Assembly (NCBI GenBank): GCA_951406725.2
Contig: OX597828.1
Location: 10,788,001 to 10,852,000 of the forward strand
From: Octopus vulgaris
Taxonomy: Eukaryota
DNA: 64,000 nt
Reading direction: 5' to 3'
Shown here: piece by piece, positions 40,496 through 56,106 of the stretch
How positions within the stretch are numbered: position 1 is the stretch's first letter
Layout of the letters: the number at the start of each line of letters is the position of its first letter
Translations under genes and position numbers: made by a program
The notes under the pieces: generated by a model
What the model saw: the letters and a program-made list of their open reading frames with translations, nothing else
Told to the model about the DNA's origin: nothing
Databases searched by the model: none

Positions 40496-43400
40496 TCTTG
40501 TTAATCTTCATCACAGAGAACAGCTGCTCACACAGATATGTGCTACCAAACACGCTGAAGTTTCGAGCCGTATGTAGGCAAAGCTGGGGCATCTTCTTAG
40601 GAATGAAACGAATAGACTGTGCAGGTCTCACAGAGTCGTGCTTTACTTTTAATGCCTCATTACACTTCCGATCTATGATTTCCTTCTGCAAATGTACAGG
40701 TGCGGTTTCCACGTCGATGGCAAATGGGTTGTAAAATCGCTCGAAATTATTTCTTTGTACTTCAAAGTCACTAAAACACCGTGCGAACTCAGCTTACAGT
40801 GAGTTCGGTTCTTCGGCAAAGTGTGCATTTGGGAACACCATGGCGCTGACTTGGTTCAACATTGCTTTGCGACAAGGAAAGTGAGGCCGGTTGCATGGCT
40901 TCACTTTCAGCTTCACTTGAAATGTCTTCACTGCATCATACATATCAGTGATGAAGTGGTCCTGTCTCTGGAGCTGCAGGTTCAAGACGTTGAGATGAAT
41001 AGTTATGAAGTCTTTTCCTTTCCTATCCATGAACTGACAAATTTCCTCGATCAGTTGGAAAACTCTTCTGAGAACATTTCCTCAACTTAGCAACCGCACC
41101 ACTGTATGATAAGGAATGTCGTCGAGCTTTGAAACTATTTCCTATAAAAATGACCGAAAATAGCGGTGATTTTAACCTTTGACCCTGATAAAGTTGATGG
41201 TTTGTGTTACAGTGCTCATTACATGTTCCATATTGAGGACTTTACCACAAAACGATCTTTGGTGTATGATGCAAGAATATACTATCAACTCACAGTACAG
41301 TCCTCCTGCATCTTAACCGCATCCTTGTTACTAGCCCAGCTTTTTCCATGCACATCGCTGGTGTTCCCTCTGTTGTTAGTCGAACAAGTTTGCTCCAATG
41401 CAGTTTCATGTCAGCTGCACTTCGACATACTTTGTACCATGCAAAGATTTCACGTCCAGTATTTCTTCTGTAATGTTTAAACTGGAGTCCAGTCCACCGA
41501 TGAAGAAGGCGAGCTGTGCAGTGCCAGTCATATGACTGCTTTCATCGATAGGAAGAGAGTATGCAACAAAGACTTAGCCTTTTTAGATCAGCTGTGTTTA
41601 CACATCAGTAGCCATCTCACAGACTCGATCAGTAATTGTGTTTCTGTTAAGGCCTACATTTGCAAACATCTGCTTTTTATCTGGATACAAGCCGCCACAC
41701 ACATTCATCATGCAATTCTTCAGAAACTCTCCCTCAGTAAATGGTCGGGCTGATTTAGCGATCTTCACTGCCACAATAATATTTGCTTAATCAGCCGCTT
41801 CACTTTGTGATTTTGCTTTGGTGAAAAACGCCCGTTGTGCTGTTACATTCCTCTTCAATTCTTCTACCTTCTGTAGCTTCCGTTCTGCATTTAAGTTTTT
41901 CGATTTGTTGTGATGATTAGTCTCATAGTGCCGTCTTAGATTATATTCCTTGATCGCAGCTATATTATCTCCACAAATTAGACACAGCTTTACCGCCAAT
42001 ATGGGTAAACATATATTGAGCCTCCACGCGGCTTTGAAAGGCTTGGCCATTTCAACAGCTAGCTTTGATTCAAAATTAAGACTGTGCATCGACCGATAGA
42101 CGCTTGATTGATATGACATAAGTTGGAGGGGGTGATGCAATATTCGGGCAAAACACTACTCTCATCTTTTATGCATGAATCCAAAACGAGCAACACGACG
42201 TTGCTAGCTTATTGTAATAATAAACATCCACACCCTACACAACTTTCATTATTATTTTTACTGATCGACGCGAGAATGTTCTCAGTCGAATCAAGGTGAC
42301 ACAACGTGTGACAAGGTTGAGCCTTCAAATTGCATTTTCCACTCTGAACATTTTCAAATAGCTTGACAAGGCTGGAGTCAACACAAGGCTGTCGTAACAT
42401 AGACATTTGTTCAAGCTGTTACATAGTGGGATCTAACCACGCAGCTTCGTGGTTCTGAAACTGATTATTAATAATCCAACCATTTCGTGTCTTTGGGGGA
42501 TATTCGATTTAAATGATGTGTAGACAGGCACGTATTTACCGTATGGCCAACTGTTTCGCCTATCGTATGCCGTCCATTGTTAGACCCAGATTAGTCGTGA
42601 AAAATCTGACATGTAATCAAGAACCTGGAACACATAAAGCCGGGACAACCTGGGCGTCTTCGAGTAATCAGATACAGGAGTATGGCCAGTGTGACACCAG
42701 AAACAATGAAGTTCTCAACTTTCCCTTTCATACTTAAATGTATGAATCAAAATTATCCTTTGTAGCTTCTTCTCAGATTTACTTAGAACATTATGAATTG
42801 CAGTTCATTAGAAGATATTTCAATTTTGGAATTCTCTAGAATAGGTTTAGAGTTAGTCTGGCTTAGCGGCATTTCATCTGTCATAATACTGTAAGTTCAA
42901 ATTCCTCCGCAGTATGATTTTGGTTGTCATCCCCTTTCGAGGCCGATAAAATAAGAACCAGTTTAGAACAGAGGACGATAAAATTGACTTAGCCCTTCCC
43001 CTGAACTTACAGTTTTTGCCACAATTTAAAATTAATATTAGAGTTTTCCTGCAGTTGGAATTTGGCATTTTGTATTCGTTTCAGTGTTTTAATTATGCGT
43101 TCCTCTCCGTTCCGTAGTTTATATACATGTGACTCATAGAACATAACTTGCGAATGATTGTGAATTTTTAATACTTGGAATACTTAAATATTGTTACATT
43201 GTATTTGTGTCTGTATTCTCTGTAGCTTGATCATTTTTGTGGATAATGTTATTTGCTTGTTTGAAAAACTTATCTATTGAGCTATTTGAGATATTATAGA
43301 TTGGAGGGAATAGTTTGTATACTTTTAGCATGACGTAGCCAAGTGTTGCGGTGGGGGCAGTATTTTTCTTTGATGCTTGGATAATAAGGGCGAGTCATAC

Positions 43401-43508
43401 TTATGTAATTAACAACGTAATCGGTTTCTTATATAAATGTTTTATATACAAGTGTTATGTATAAACGCAGAGGTAGACAGAGAGATAGACAGACATATAT
43501 ACGTATGT

Positions 43509-43543
<35 letters not shown>

Positions 43544-44779
43544 CACATGCGTGTGTGCGTATGTCTGTATGTATGTATATTCATATATATTTATATATAT
43601 ATATTAATATATGTCAATATATATATATGTCCTAAAACCCTGGGCCCTGAAGTGAAACCGGCTTGCTAACTCTGCAATTAGTTGTTAATCTGACGTTCAA
43701 TAGCAGTCGCCAAGAAACTGATAAATCATTGCTTCGTGTCAGAGAAAAAAATTGCATCCTCTAATCATGAAAGCATTATTCAAATTTCGTTAATCACCAG
43801 GAGATTAATTCACGACTTAAGTGTCATTTTGCTAATTAAAGCGATAAATGAGTTTTTTCGTCTTCTTCTTAAGTAAACCGCTTAAAGATACTTCCCACCG
43901 GGGTCAATAAAACAATATTTAATTAATTGAACTATTTAGAGTGGAACTTATACTATACATATATCAATAATATTAAATAGCAATAATTCATTAAAACAAA
44001 AACAAGAAAAGCCAACTAATACGAAACCCCCATGAGTCCATTTAATAAATAGAAATCCTAATTATGAGAAGTAACATCATTAAGAAAAAAAGTAACACTC
44101 CACACTCACACGCACACACACACACACACACACCATACACACACAGCAACAATTACGTTAAGAGCAACACTGACAGCAATGTAATAAATATATGATACGG
44201 AGACAAAATTTAATTAGAATCTTAAAAATGTCTCCTCTATTTTGGACAATTTGAAGATATAATAATAAGAAGAAAAAGAAAGAAATATAGGGAAAAATAT
44301 AAAAATGCAAGAATGAGGCTAAATGTCAAACGTTTGAAGATCTCTATTCATTAGCAGGTCAGAAGCTGAATCTTCTGTATTAGAACACAAAGTACTATAA
44401 CGGTTGTGTTGAAGGTATGAAAGTGGAGAGACCCAAGAGAAAGACACCCGACAAGAGAGCAAGGGGAGTAAAAGAGAGCGCTGGAGACAGAGACAGACAC
44501 ACAGAGAGAAAGGAACAAAGAAAAAAGAGAAAAAAGGGAGAGATGGGATTCGACATTGGCAATCAGAGAAATCCTTCATTAGAATGGCATCCATCAGAGC
44601 AATTGTTAGAATTTCCTAAAGCATTAATTTTATACAAAACAGGAATATGTATCCATTATATTTTAAGAAATAAAGTTATTTTAAGCATGATATTGTGTAC
44701 AAGCCCGTTGGTTAGTGTAGCTACTTACAACATTTGTTAACCATATGTGCTTGAGTGTTTGCATAAGAATGCATAAAAA

Positions 44780-44827
<48 letters not shown>

Positions 44828-44829
<2 letters not shown>

Positions 44830-45000
44830 AGGCGCAATGGCCCAGTGGTCAGGGTAGCGGACACGCGGTCGTAGGATCGCAGTTTCGATTCCCAAACCGG
44901 GCGTTGTGTGTGTTTATTGCGCGAAAACACCTAAAACCTCCACGAGGCCCCGGCAGGGGGTGGTGATCTCTGCTGTACTCTTTCTCTCACTCTTTCCTCT
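44828..45000 (+). mobile_element. tRNA-derived SINE family C (resembles octopus tRNA-Arg-derived OR SINEs; name from recall)
   Basis: ggaggcgcaatggcccagtggtcagg (A box), gtttcgattccc (B box), non-tRNA body; starts in (TA)n. Confidence 0.8.
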
Positions 45001-45466
45001 GATGGTCTGGTCGGTCACGTGATATATGTATTTATTGCTATATTAGGTAAAATTTCTAATGTAAGAAAATGGAGAGTTGTGGATGTATAGTTAATTTAGT
45101 TGTATCATAGTTTGTTGTTAATATAACGCAAATAATTTCTTTAAAGCGCAATGGAATATTCAAATGACCTACATATCTTTCGATTATGGCCCCTCTACAA
45201 TACATTATTCAAAGCATTTGGGTTAAATATTACGTTAAGAATTTAAGCTGCAAGGAGTAGAATCTCTTCAGGGTCTTTGTTTAATAATATCGGATGTTAC
45301 ATATTTCTTCAAGGAATTCAAATCTACAGCTAAAGAAGTTCAACTTGTTATTTCATATATACTGTGTAAAAAAAAATATGAAATAAAATAAAGTATTTAA
45401 AATAAATAAATAAATTACTAAAATACACACATACATAGAGAGAGAGATACATTATGTGTGTGTGTG

Positions 45467-45518
<52 letters not shown>

Positions 45519-46599
45519 GCGATAATCTTGCTGAATTGTCAGTAGACCGGGCAAAAAGCTCAGCGGCATTTCGCCGACATTATGTTCTGACTTTAAATTT
45601 TGCCGCGATCTGCTACACCTCTCAAGGCTGTTCTCCAGCATGGATGTAGTCATATGACAGAAATGCCATAGATATTTAGTACGGATAGGAATATTGTGTA
45701 CAGTCATAAAGGTTGCCCTATAGATGTGAACTTCTCCAAATGAGAATATAAACAGACTGCTACTCCGAAATTTGTGTCATTTTCACCCTCATACATACCA
45801 ATAATCATTGACTCACTCGGTGATGTTAGTGAATGTCTAATGGACGACAATCTGGAGAAGCTAAGATTTTCAAGAAAAGAAAAAAATTATCTAAAATAAA
45901 ATTCATAGATGCGGTCTGTCAGTGGAAAAGTAAAAATGCAAAACTTTCTTAAATTCCTATCAAAGTATCGAAGTTGTCATTCGAAATTCATTAATACAAC
46001 TTTTCCATTTTGTTAGTAACTAACTTTGTCTTTTTATTATAATAATCTTTTCAAAATTTAGCACAAGTCCAGCAATTCCATGGAAAGAAGTAAGTCGATA
46101 ACATCAACCCAGTGCTCAGCTGGAACTTACTTTATCGACCCTGAAACGTTAAAATCTAAAGTCGACCGCGACGGAATTTGAACACAGAACGGTACGACAG
46201 AAAAAATGCAACTAAGCATTCCGCGCGACGTGCTTTCTAAAAATAATATGAGAAAAGGACACATATAAACATGAATTGTATTGGCTGTCAGTTATAAAAC
46301 TAATATCACTTATTTCATTCTTGTAGTTATAGAAATTTTCCCTTATTGTTCTATTTATATATCAAGGAATAGAGAGAAAATATATTTCACATTCGTCATG
46401 TAACATTTCATAATTATTAAATATACATTTTTTTTTTTAATAATTTAATATTTGCTCTATGAAATAATTGGAGCAGAAACAGTAGAGAGCGTAATTAAAT
46501 TCTGTACGGTATTTAGTTGCGACCATTTATTTTCAGACAATAATCCCGGTTAACCTTCCCTTTTTTCTAGGCTCCATGACTACTGATGCCTATTGTTTC

Positions 46600-47330
46600 G
46601 ACGAAACCCTTCACCAAGAGTTTCTGGATTTCTGCATAACCTATAAATCACAATTAATATCTGTATTCCATTCTCACAAATATTTGGTATTTATTTATTT
46701 GGCATAACCCATATCTTTGGTGGGCTCTGCTGAATTTACTATACATTTAGGTCAGCCAAATTTCTCATTCAATATATTCCCTCTTCTGAAACAGACTACT
46801 TTTTATAGGTTTCTTTCTATGCTCTAGTATTAATGCCTTACAATAACTCAAATTCAACTTGAATTTCATTAATCCAGCGACCAATCATTTTGTTTAGGCT
46901 GTCAGAATGTTAAGACAGGATTGGCGTTATCCCAGCTTTTCTGAATTAGAGCACAAAAAATAAATCAGTATCATTTCTTGGACGGATTGCAAGAACAATG
47001 ACATTATAATATGAAAAAGCATATGAGTTTGGATTACAAAGAAAGTACCGATACAGAAGTGTATTTAGTGAGTTCAGAGGATTTACCTTTTGAATTTATT
47101 CCGCTGAATACTGTAGAGTATAGACGTAGGAATTTGATAAACATTCTTTGATACTAAGCTTCGATAAATGTTTACATCACCAAGTCATTTCATTTATAAC
47201 GCCAATATTCATTCAATTAAAATTATGAACAAAGTATTGCGTTTTCAAGACGATATATATTTGAAATAGCATAATATTTAAGAAGGCAACATTTGCATTT
47301 TGATGAATTTGGCCGTGTATTCTCCAATGC
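46600..47330 (-). pseudogene. Possible ancient CR1/L2-like RT C-terminal remnant
   Basis: Minus-strand traces resembling N..KC, E.DLGV, LY..FV.P.L.YA and L.SVQ in the expected order; very degraded. Confidence 0.3.
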
Positions 47331-48359
47331 CTGGCTGACACGTCACCGAATGTAAATGTACACATGCATTCATTTCACCTTCTGGGTATTAATGAATGTT
47401 ATTATGAAACACAAGAAAGGTATCACTTTCCGTTCTGCTTCTCTTAAATATACACAGCTTTATAGCAAAGCTAAATTTCTTCCTAATTAAAATGAATCTT
47501 TAGATATGTCAATGTTCTACACGGTCATTCAACTTGCTAGAAGCAACAAAGATATTTTCCTCAAATCACACCCTACCATTTAAAATGAGAGTCAAGGCAT
47601 ATGAGATACTGTCGTTATGGAAATCCAAAACTATGCGATGCACTTTGCTAAAATGCATTTGATGGCCGGTATGACTACACAGGGCCGACGACACTTCATT
47701 CTCCGAAATACATTACGTACCAGCGCCAGCTTTTTTCTCTATCAAAATGCTGGAACATTGTTCAACGCACATCAGATTTTCGAATTAGCCGTTCTGGAAT
47801 ATATGCCATCTTCTAATATATATTCATAAAAATATAAAACCTAATATAATAACCCAGTTCTCACAAACAGCAGAACCATTAGCATGCCGAACAAAAGGAG
47901 TAGCGACATTTCGTCCGTCGTTACGTTCTGAGCTCAAATGCTGCCGAGGTCGATTTTGCCTTTCATTCAGTCAAAGTGTATAAAATAAGTATCTGTTGAG
48001 CATGGGTGGTGGGCTACTTTAATCGATATTCCCTTCCTCTCAAAAACTGCTGTCAAACTTCGAAACCATTATCTGTTCAGAAATACTGGGGAATACGATA
48101 AATATATTAAAGTCACAAGAAATATCACCTCACATGGTATCGTGGACCCAATGAACAGTAATATACTGTGCGCAGTGTGATCGAAACTGTAATCCAATTG
48201 TTACGAAGCGAACTTATTAACCACAAGGATATGCGTGCACAACACCAACTACTCAATGAAAAAACAATTTTTATGGACTGCGAGATAGATATGACAGCAT
48301 AATATATTGCAAAACAGGATGATTCTATATTGCTCCACTTTCTAAATGAAAAAGTGCGA

Positions 48360-48518
<159 letters not shown>

Positions 48519-49251
48519 TTGCTAGCAACAAATACATTAAAAATAAATTACTGCAAAAACATTAACATAGCAAAAAAATTATAAAACACATGAAGACCTA
48601 ATCCTAACATGTTATTCATGAATGAATAGACACAAATGAATGAGCGAACGGATATTAGTTCAGAAATATCCTCTTGTAAGCAAAATATCTAATAGCCAAT
48701 AGAAAATTAAAAGGATATACCTTCAACAATTGCATTGAAAATATAAAATATTAAACAAATAATATTAAAAAACCAGTTCTCACAAACGGCAGTTTTAAAA
48801 TGAATTTAATGCAACACAATAAAGATATTTTCTATTGACATTCATATGGAAGCATTTTTAGATTTAGTATCGATAATATTGTAATATACTTTTTTTCTTT
48901 TCTTTTTTTGTCCTCAAATATTATTAGATTGTGAAAGCCATTCTGGATCTTTAACTGACTGAACGAATTGGTTGCTGTTTAGTTCTAGTTAAGTGTAATC
49001 ATATACAAAAGAGTCTGCAATTTAGTTTCGAATCCTGCTTGAAGATAAACTAGTTTCTCTACGCTGTAACTTAGCTAGTGAAGTGGCAGAATCTTTAAAG
49101 CATCGTATAGAATGACTTGCAGAATTCATTCCGGCTCTCTACGATCGGGTTTCAAATCACAGAGATGTCAATTTTCCATTTCATCCCGATATGATAAAAT
49201 GTTAGTCTTGAACCAACGTCGACTCCCCCCCTCCCTCTCTCTCTCTCTTTA

Positions 49252-49406
49252 CGAGGGGGTGCTGGAATATTCTTGGTTTTAAGGCTGTCGCAAAAGGCCT
49301 GGTTGGGGGACCTGACCTTCCGAGTTCTTTTACAGGGCTTAATATCATAATGAACTGATCCTCGTGCATATTCTTTTGCCAGGAACGTTTCAGCAACCTC
49401 ACCTCG
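49252..49406. mobile_element. Mariner-derived MITE
   Basis: ta|cgagggggtgctggaatattcttgg ... ccaggaacgtttcagcaacctcacctcg|ta; second copy at 57717-57901. Confidence 0.75.
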
Positions 49407-50399
49407 TATGGAATTCCCTGCAGAATTCATTCCGATCTGATTTTAAATCACAAAGGAGTCAATTTTCCATTTCATCCTTTCGGGATCAATACATAAAATA
49501 TTGTACCAATGCCGATTCTCTCTCTCTCCCTCCCTCTCTTTCAATCACTCTTTCTCTCTATCTATCTATGTATCTCTATACCTCTATCTCTCTCATACAC
49601 ACTCTTTCTCTGTCACACTCTTTCACTCTCACTCTCTCTCTCTCTCTCAGTCTTTCTCTCTCACTCTTTAGAAGACAGCTGCTATATTCGGATGTGGAGA
49701 GACACCAACATCTCCATATTGGAAAACATCAGGTTTTAAGATGCCGAACTCATACCGTATATTACGATAGCATTTCTAAAATCGTAATGGGATTTCAGAG
49801 GCACACAGCACGTGAAGCAGCAACTACAGTGAGAACAACAGTGAATATCACAATTTCAAATGCAAGGTTATCTTATATTGTACATTGTCATTATTATCAT
49901 ATTAAATACAGTGTTGGAGTGATGACCAATATGCTTTGAGCTATTTCTGATGGGCATTGCTTTGAAAATTAGGCTTCTGCGCTGAGGTGCGGGGAAGTCA
50001 AATTTGCATCTTACCCCGGAGGGAGAATTTGATTATGTACAAATGAAGCACAGAGTCGGTCTAAACGGTAAATATCTACTGCAAAATAGAAGTGTTGTAG
50101 TTCTCCATACTCTTTCCCTTCCTCGCACTCCTCCTTATTCTTCTCCATACTATTATTACTAAGGCAGTGTGCTGGCAGAATCGATAGTATGCCGGACAAA
50201 TTGCCAACCGGCATTTCGATCGTTTCTTCGTTCTGAGTTCATATTTCACCGGGGTCGACTTTGCCCTTTGTATATTCGGGGGCGATACTTGGAATGATGT
50301 AATCAACTTACCCTTCTCCAAAACGTCAGGCCTTATGCCTATACTATTAAAAAAATCTTATTATTATCATTACTGGTCTTGTGCCAAAATTTGAAATCA

Positions 50400-50855
<456 letters not shown>

Positions 50856-50856
<1 letters not shown>

Positions 50857-53482
50857 ATAGTTTTCTTTTTATAAAATGCTTGCATTGCACGACCGAGTTC
50901 AGCTCGATGTGCCTTGGGTATGTGCTGTGGTTTGTTAATAGGCTCTTATATTCCCTGCATTGAAAGTGTTTTACGTAGGATGTGCGCACTGCCCAGGAGT
51001 GCTATTTTCTGAATGTTATATATACTTGTTAGTCTTGATGGTTCCATTATGTATTTGTCTGAATGCTTTTTATCATACCTAATGCACCTACTATGATAGG
51101 AATTGTTTCTGTTTTTAGACGCCACATTCGAGTTACCTCTATTTCCAGATCTTTGCCGTTTCTTTTACAGAAACATTGCTAATGTCGGTATTGATATATC
51201 CATTAGAAAGCAAATTTATTTTCTCTTGGAGATCTCTGACAACTATATCCGGCTTGTAGGCGTTAATTTTTCTATCTGTGTGTATTGGCATATCCCAGCC
51301 TATGTTTGCTTTCTCATTTTGTGAGCTTTTCTGGTATGTGCCTATACGATCTTTTTTCAATTGATATTCCATAGTAACGGCAGAGCTTCCAGTTGTATTT
51401 GGAATTCACTTAGATACTCCTTTGCCTGTTTTGTTACAGAGTATATATGATGCTTTCTTGTTCTCGTGCTTGAAGACAAGTTTTAACATCCAGTCATCAG
51501 TTTTTCAGGTAGGTGTTTAGGTCAATAATGGCACTATTCATTGTTAATTTCAGTTGTAAAAGTCCACGGCCACCCTATTATGTAGCCTGTTTTATATCTG
51601 CCTCAGGGTGGTGCATTCTATGCATTGTCAACAGTTTTCGTATTTTTCTATCAAGATTACATATTTCAGTAATTGACTAGTTAATGATATTGGATCTGTA
51701 AGTCACAGCCGGTACAGCTAAAATATTGATCGCTTCGATTCTGTTTCTTGCATTCAGCTCTGTGATAACATTCTCTTCTGATCCCTTTCCTCATCATTGA
51801 ATGTCTGATTCCACCACCTCCAAATACTCCTACGTATTTGTAGCCCTCCGCTGGTTCTAACTTATTTATGACATTCGTCTGGACAAGATTAACGTTGGGT
51901 ATTTCTCTCATATTTTTTTTGATAAATGTAGCTTTTGCTCATTTATCAAGACAAGATTGCATCCTGGTGTCATCACTGAACTGTTTAACAATTGCTAGTA
52001 AGCCCTGTAGTTGCTGGTAATTTTTTGCAAAAAGCTTTAAAACATCCATGTAAAAGAGATGATTTATATTTTTATCGAATATTTTATAGCCATATTGTAC
52101 ATCATCGAGCAATTTCGAAAGAGGTATTAAGGCTGGACAAAAGAGGAGTGGTGATAGAAAGTGACCCTGGAAAATGTCACATGAAATTCTTACATCTCCA
52201 GCATTGAGAGATTCGTTGTCACTGTTCAAAATCAGTATGATTCTTGACCATCTCATACTTACAGACAAGAGGTTTCGCACAGTAGGCGCTATTTTATACA
52301 TTTCTAGACATTTCTTAATCCACCAATATGGTAGACTATCAAAATCTTTTTATAGTCTACAGATAAGTTTTTTTTTTTGTCGTTTCTGACGATCTCCCAA
52401 GATCATCTAATGGATGAGTAGCTAATATTTGCAACCATAGGACACACCTTTATATCCTTCTTGCTCATTAGGGAATATACCACTTTCTGTTAAAATCTAT
52501 AGGTATATTCAGTCAAGACAGGTGGTTGTGTTTTATACATTGTCGTTAAGCAAATTATGGGTCTATAATTTTTTGGTTCATCTGTTTCTTCATTTTTTGG
52601 AAATAGGGATGTAACACCATTAACTAGCCAAGAGGGAATTATAATAGTCTGTTGCAAAACATTGTTGTAAAGGTCTGTTAGCAGTTCATGGCTCTCTGGG
52701 AAAATCGTTGAAATCTTTGCGGATGCATAGTACAGGTGATTGAGACCTGTAATATCAACATCATTATCTGAAATTATATCCTTAAGTGCAAGGCGAATTT
52801 TACTAATCACTTTCAGGTTTTGGTTAGAGTTGTGAATTCCTGGGAGAGCGGCACATTCACCCAAACTGATTTCTTTAATTTTCAACCAAACAATCATGAT
52901 TTGACTTTTTAGATCAGTGTTCAGTTGGGTCAATTTCCGTGTGACTTTCTTCATCTATTTTAACTTCAGCTGCCTTGATGTCTATGGTTGCTTCAGAGAG
53001 TATTTCACTTTGCTTATAATTTCCATTGACTCTTTCTATCATTACCGCGTTTTCATCAGACCTGGTTTGATCTATAATTATTTCCTCAGTAGTATCTTCT
53101 TTAGCTGCAATTTCGTTCCCTTTATTCCTTATTGATTATTTAGTTTGGTCAATCTCTAATTCAGCTAATAATTTCTTTTTTATGATGTTTCTTCTGACAT
53201 TGGCAAGTTTGTTGCTGTCTATATAGGATATTACTTCAAGGTGTTTCTGTCTCCAGTTTAGGTAGGTTTGTTCAGTATTAGATTTATTTGTGGCGAAATA
53301 CATGGTTTGATAGACTGCCTTAAGAATTTCTTTATTATCCCCCCTTGACCATCTTTCATTCTTTTTGTTTTGGATATTTGATGACAAGCGCGGATGGCCA
53401 TTTGTTGGGGGTATTTCGGTTGCGTTTGTATTTGGCTTTGTCATCATTGAAGCATGACGTGCCTGGGCGTTGACATTAGGGG
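50856..53482 (-). mobile_element. R4/Dong-clade non-LTR retrotransposon (RT plus restriction-like endonuclease), decayed and internally deleted
   Basis: RWSRGDNKEI N-terminus; FPK...NYRPIICLTTMYK; IFQGHFLSPLLF; INHLFYMDVLKLFAK; YKYVG; WDMPIHTDRKINAYKPDIVVRD (PD motif of RLE); ends ...ILRKTLS; 3' end abuts (TAA)n. Confidence 0.9.
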
Positions 53483-53501
53483 ACTACTACTACTACTACT
53501 G

Positions 53502-53546
<45 letters not shown>

Positions 53547-53580
53547 ATGCTACTACTAATGCTACTACTACTACTACTAT
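53483..53580. repeat. (CTA)n microsatellite at the 5' flank of the R4/Dong element
   Basis: Directly visible. Confidence 0.95.
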
Positions 53581-54232
53581 TTGGTCACAGGCCAGCTCTC
53601 ATCGAGAAGAATTATAATCAAATTCATTCCTGTTGTGACCCATTTTAAGGGTTTATTGTACTCCTTTACCTAATATGTGCTTTGTCGATAACAATTTCGT
53701 ATGATTCAAGGAATTTTGGGTTGCTGCAGCTAGAATATCCCATGACAAGGAAGTAGTTCTCTTATTTTCACAATGTACCAAATGGGTTACTGTAGTTGTT
53801 TTGCTCCGAGATCATCTCAGATTAGGCAAACACAAAATCAAATACATTCTATGCATTAACATCCAATCTGTTAATACACCGAGGTATATCATTCAATGTA
53901 GAGTTCATTATCATATGTCTAAAGCCATTCAATATGATTCAGTGAACCTGGAACAAGCGTATATTACAGATTGGTAAAATTACGAAAAACTGGAACCGAA
54001 ACATCTTTAAACTATACGCAATTACATTAATAATGGTTACACGCACGCACTCACAGGCACACACACACACATAACCGAGGAGATGGTGTTGTGGATTTCC
54101 ACCTCGGCATCCGAAATTCAGAGGTCTATCTTGGCTATTGAATAATTGTCACATATTATTTTTACAGATAAATTACCTCTATTTACATAATATTGGGGTC
54201 TCTTTCTTTCTTTTGTTATCTTACCGTTTTTA

Positions 54233-54282
<50 letters not shown>

Positions 54283-54285
54283 GAT

Positions 54286-54326
<41 letters not shown>

Positions 54327-54780
54327 AAGAGATAAATAGATATCTTTGCGCATGTATAATATATATATGCGTTAGTGTTAGGGTTAGAGTTAATATATAT
54401 ATATATATATATATATTCATTGAAAACTCTTTAATTGTTCTTGGTTCTGTTAATGGCTAGGCTAGTATTCAGGCTAGTATTCTGGCATTGGTGTAGCAAC
54501 ATTTGAAATATTGTCGAGGTAAATCTAGCTGAAGAAGACTAATCAAATTCACGATAACAAACGTATTAGAAGAGTTCAAAACCTAAGTACTAGATTATTC
54601 GATTCTCGGCTGCACATTTATCTAATGTTCTTCCTAGACGTAAGACGAAAATTCTTATGTTCGCTGCTCTCACACGTCTTTACCAGTATATACAGAGCGA
54701 AGCTTTACCATAGCGTCCTACATTTATCGACTGCTATTTGCAGTAACCATTGGTGCTTTGTTGTACCACTACTCTCTCTC

Positions 54781-54869
<89 letters not shown>

Positions 54870-54979
54870 ACTGATAGACAGATATTCATATACATATATT
54901 ATACACGCGCAATGATATCTATTTATCTCTCTCGCTATCTCTTTTTATCTTCCTCTATCACTCTGGCTCTCTCTCTCTC

Positions 54980-55017
<38 letters not shown>

Positions 55018-55451
55018 TTATTCATAGATACTTGCATACATACATCCGTCCATCCATCCATACATACATAAATACATACGTACATACATACATACATACA
55101 TGCATGCATACATACTCTATTCTGTAGTTATCAGATCATTAGATTTGGTTAGCGAGTGTTTGTCTTCCCACTCTGGTTCTACCGAATCGGAATGAGAAAT
55201 AACTGAAGCGTTGTCTTCTGTTATGCCGCGAGGAGTTTACACTATTTTTTCTCTATGTTTTCTGTATCTGAATGATTCTTGTTACCTACAAGTCTCTGTA
55301 ACAAATTTCTGTACCCAGATATTTTAACCCCTATTTTTATTGCCACTTCAGTTGTAAGGAAAATTTTACAAAACATTACTAAATCCTGCGCTGCGCGTGT
55401 ATACAAAGCTAGCCCTCTCCATGTATGGCTTGTTAATATATCTCATTATTA

Positions 55452-56092
55452 CGGTGGCGAGTTGGCAGAATGGTTAGCACATTGGACGAAGTACCTAGCG
55501 ATATTTCGTCGGTCTTTACATTCTGAGTTCAAAGCTCGTCACGGTTAACTTTGTTTTTCCTGGTCGATAAAACATGTACCTATTTCTTTATTACCCACAA
55601 GGGACTAAACACAGATGGGACAAACTAGGAGTGACATAGGCGTTAAGTCGATTACATCGACCCCAGTATGTAACTGGTACTTAATTTATCGACCCCCGAA
55701 AGGATAAAAGGCTAAGTCGACCTCGGCGGAATTTGAACTCACAACGTAACGGCAGACGAAATACCTGTTTCTTTATTACCTATATAGAGAGGACAAACAA
55801 GGACAGGCAAACGGATTAAGTCGATTACATCGACTCCAGTGCGTAACTGGTACTTAATTTATCGACCCCGAAAGGATGAAAGGCAAAGTCTAGCTCGGCT
55901 GAATTTGAACTCAGAACGTAACGGCGAAAGAAATACGGCTACGCATTTCGTCCGACGTGCTAACGTTTCTGCCAGTTCGTCGCCTTAAAACAAGTGGTGG
56001 ATAAAACATGTACCATTTAAACACTGGAGTCGCTGTCGTCGACTTTCTCCTCCCTCAAAATTGCTAGCCTTGTGTCAAAATTTGGAATCAGT
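55452..56092 (+). mobile_element. Old SINE family B (tail B2) interrupted by a young SINE-B dimer
   Basis: Head 55452-55580, tail 56000-56092; TSD gataaaacatgtacc at 55566-55580 and 56000-56014. Confidence 0.85.
55581..55986 (-). mobile_element. Young SINE family B head-to-tail dimer
   Basis: Head at 55986; internal junction gaaaca|ggtatttcgtctgccg near 55766; final tail ends at 55581. Confidence 0.9.
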
Positions 56093-56106
56093 ATATATCC
56101 CGATTA

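Noticed and set aside
43680-43930. TAAT-rich unique segment as an enhancer
   Set aside because: Cannot be supported without conservation or chromatin data in AT-rich DNA.
44828-44900. tRNA gene
   Set aside because: A/B boxes present but no proper acceptor stem and it continues into a SINE body; same for heads at 15622, 37982 and 40070.
49672-49866. Exon after a (CT)n tract
   Set aside because: The pyrimidine tract is a microsatellite, donor is weak and peptides are unrecognisable.
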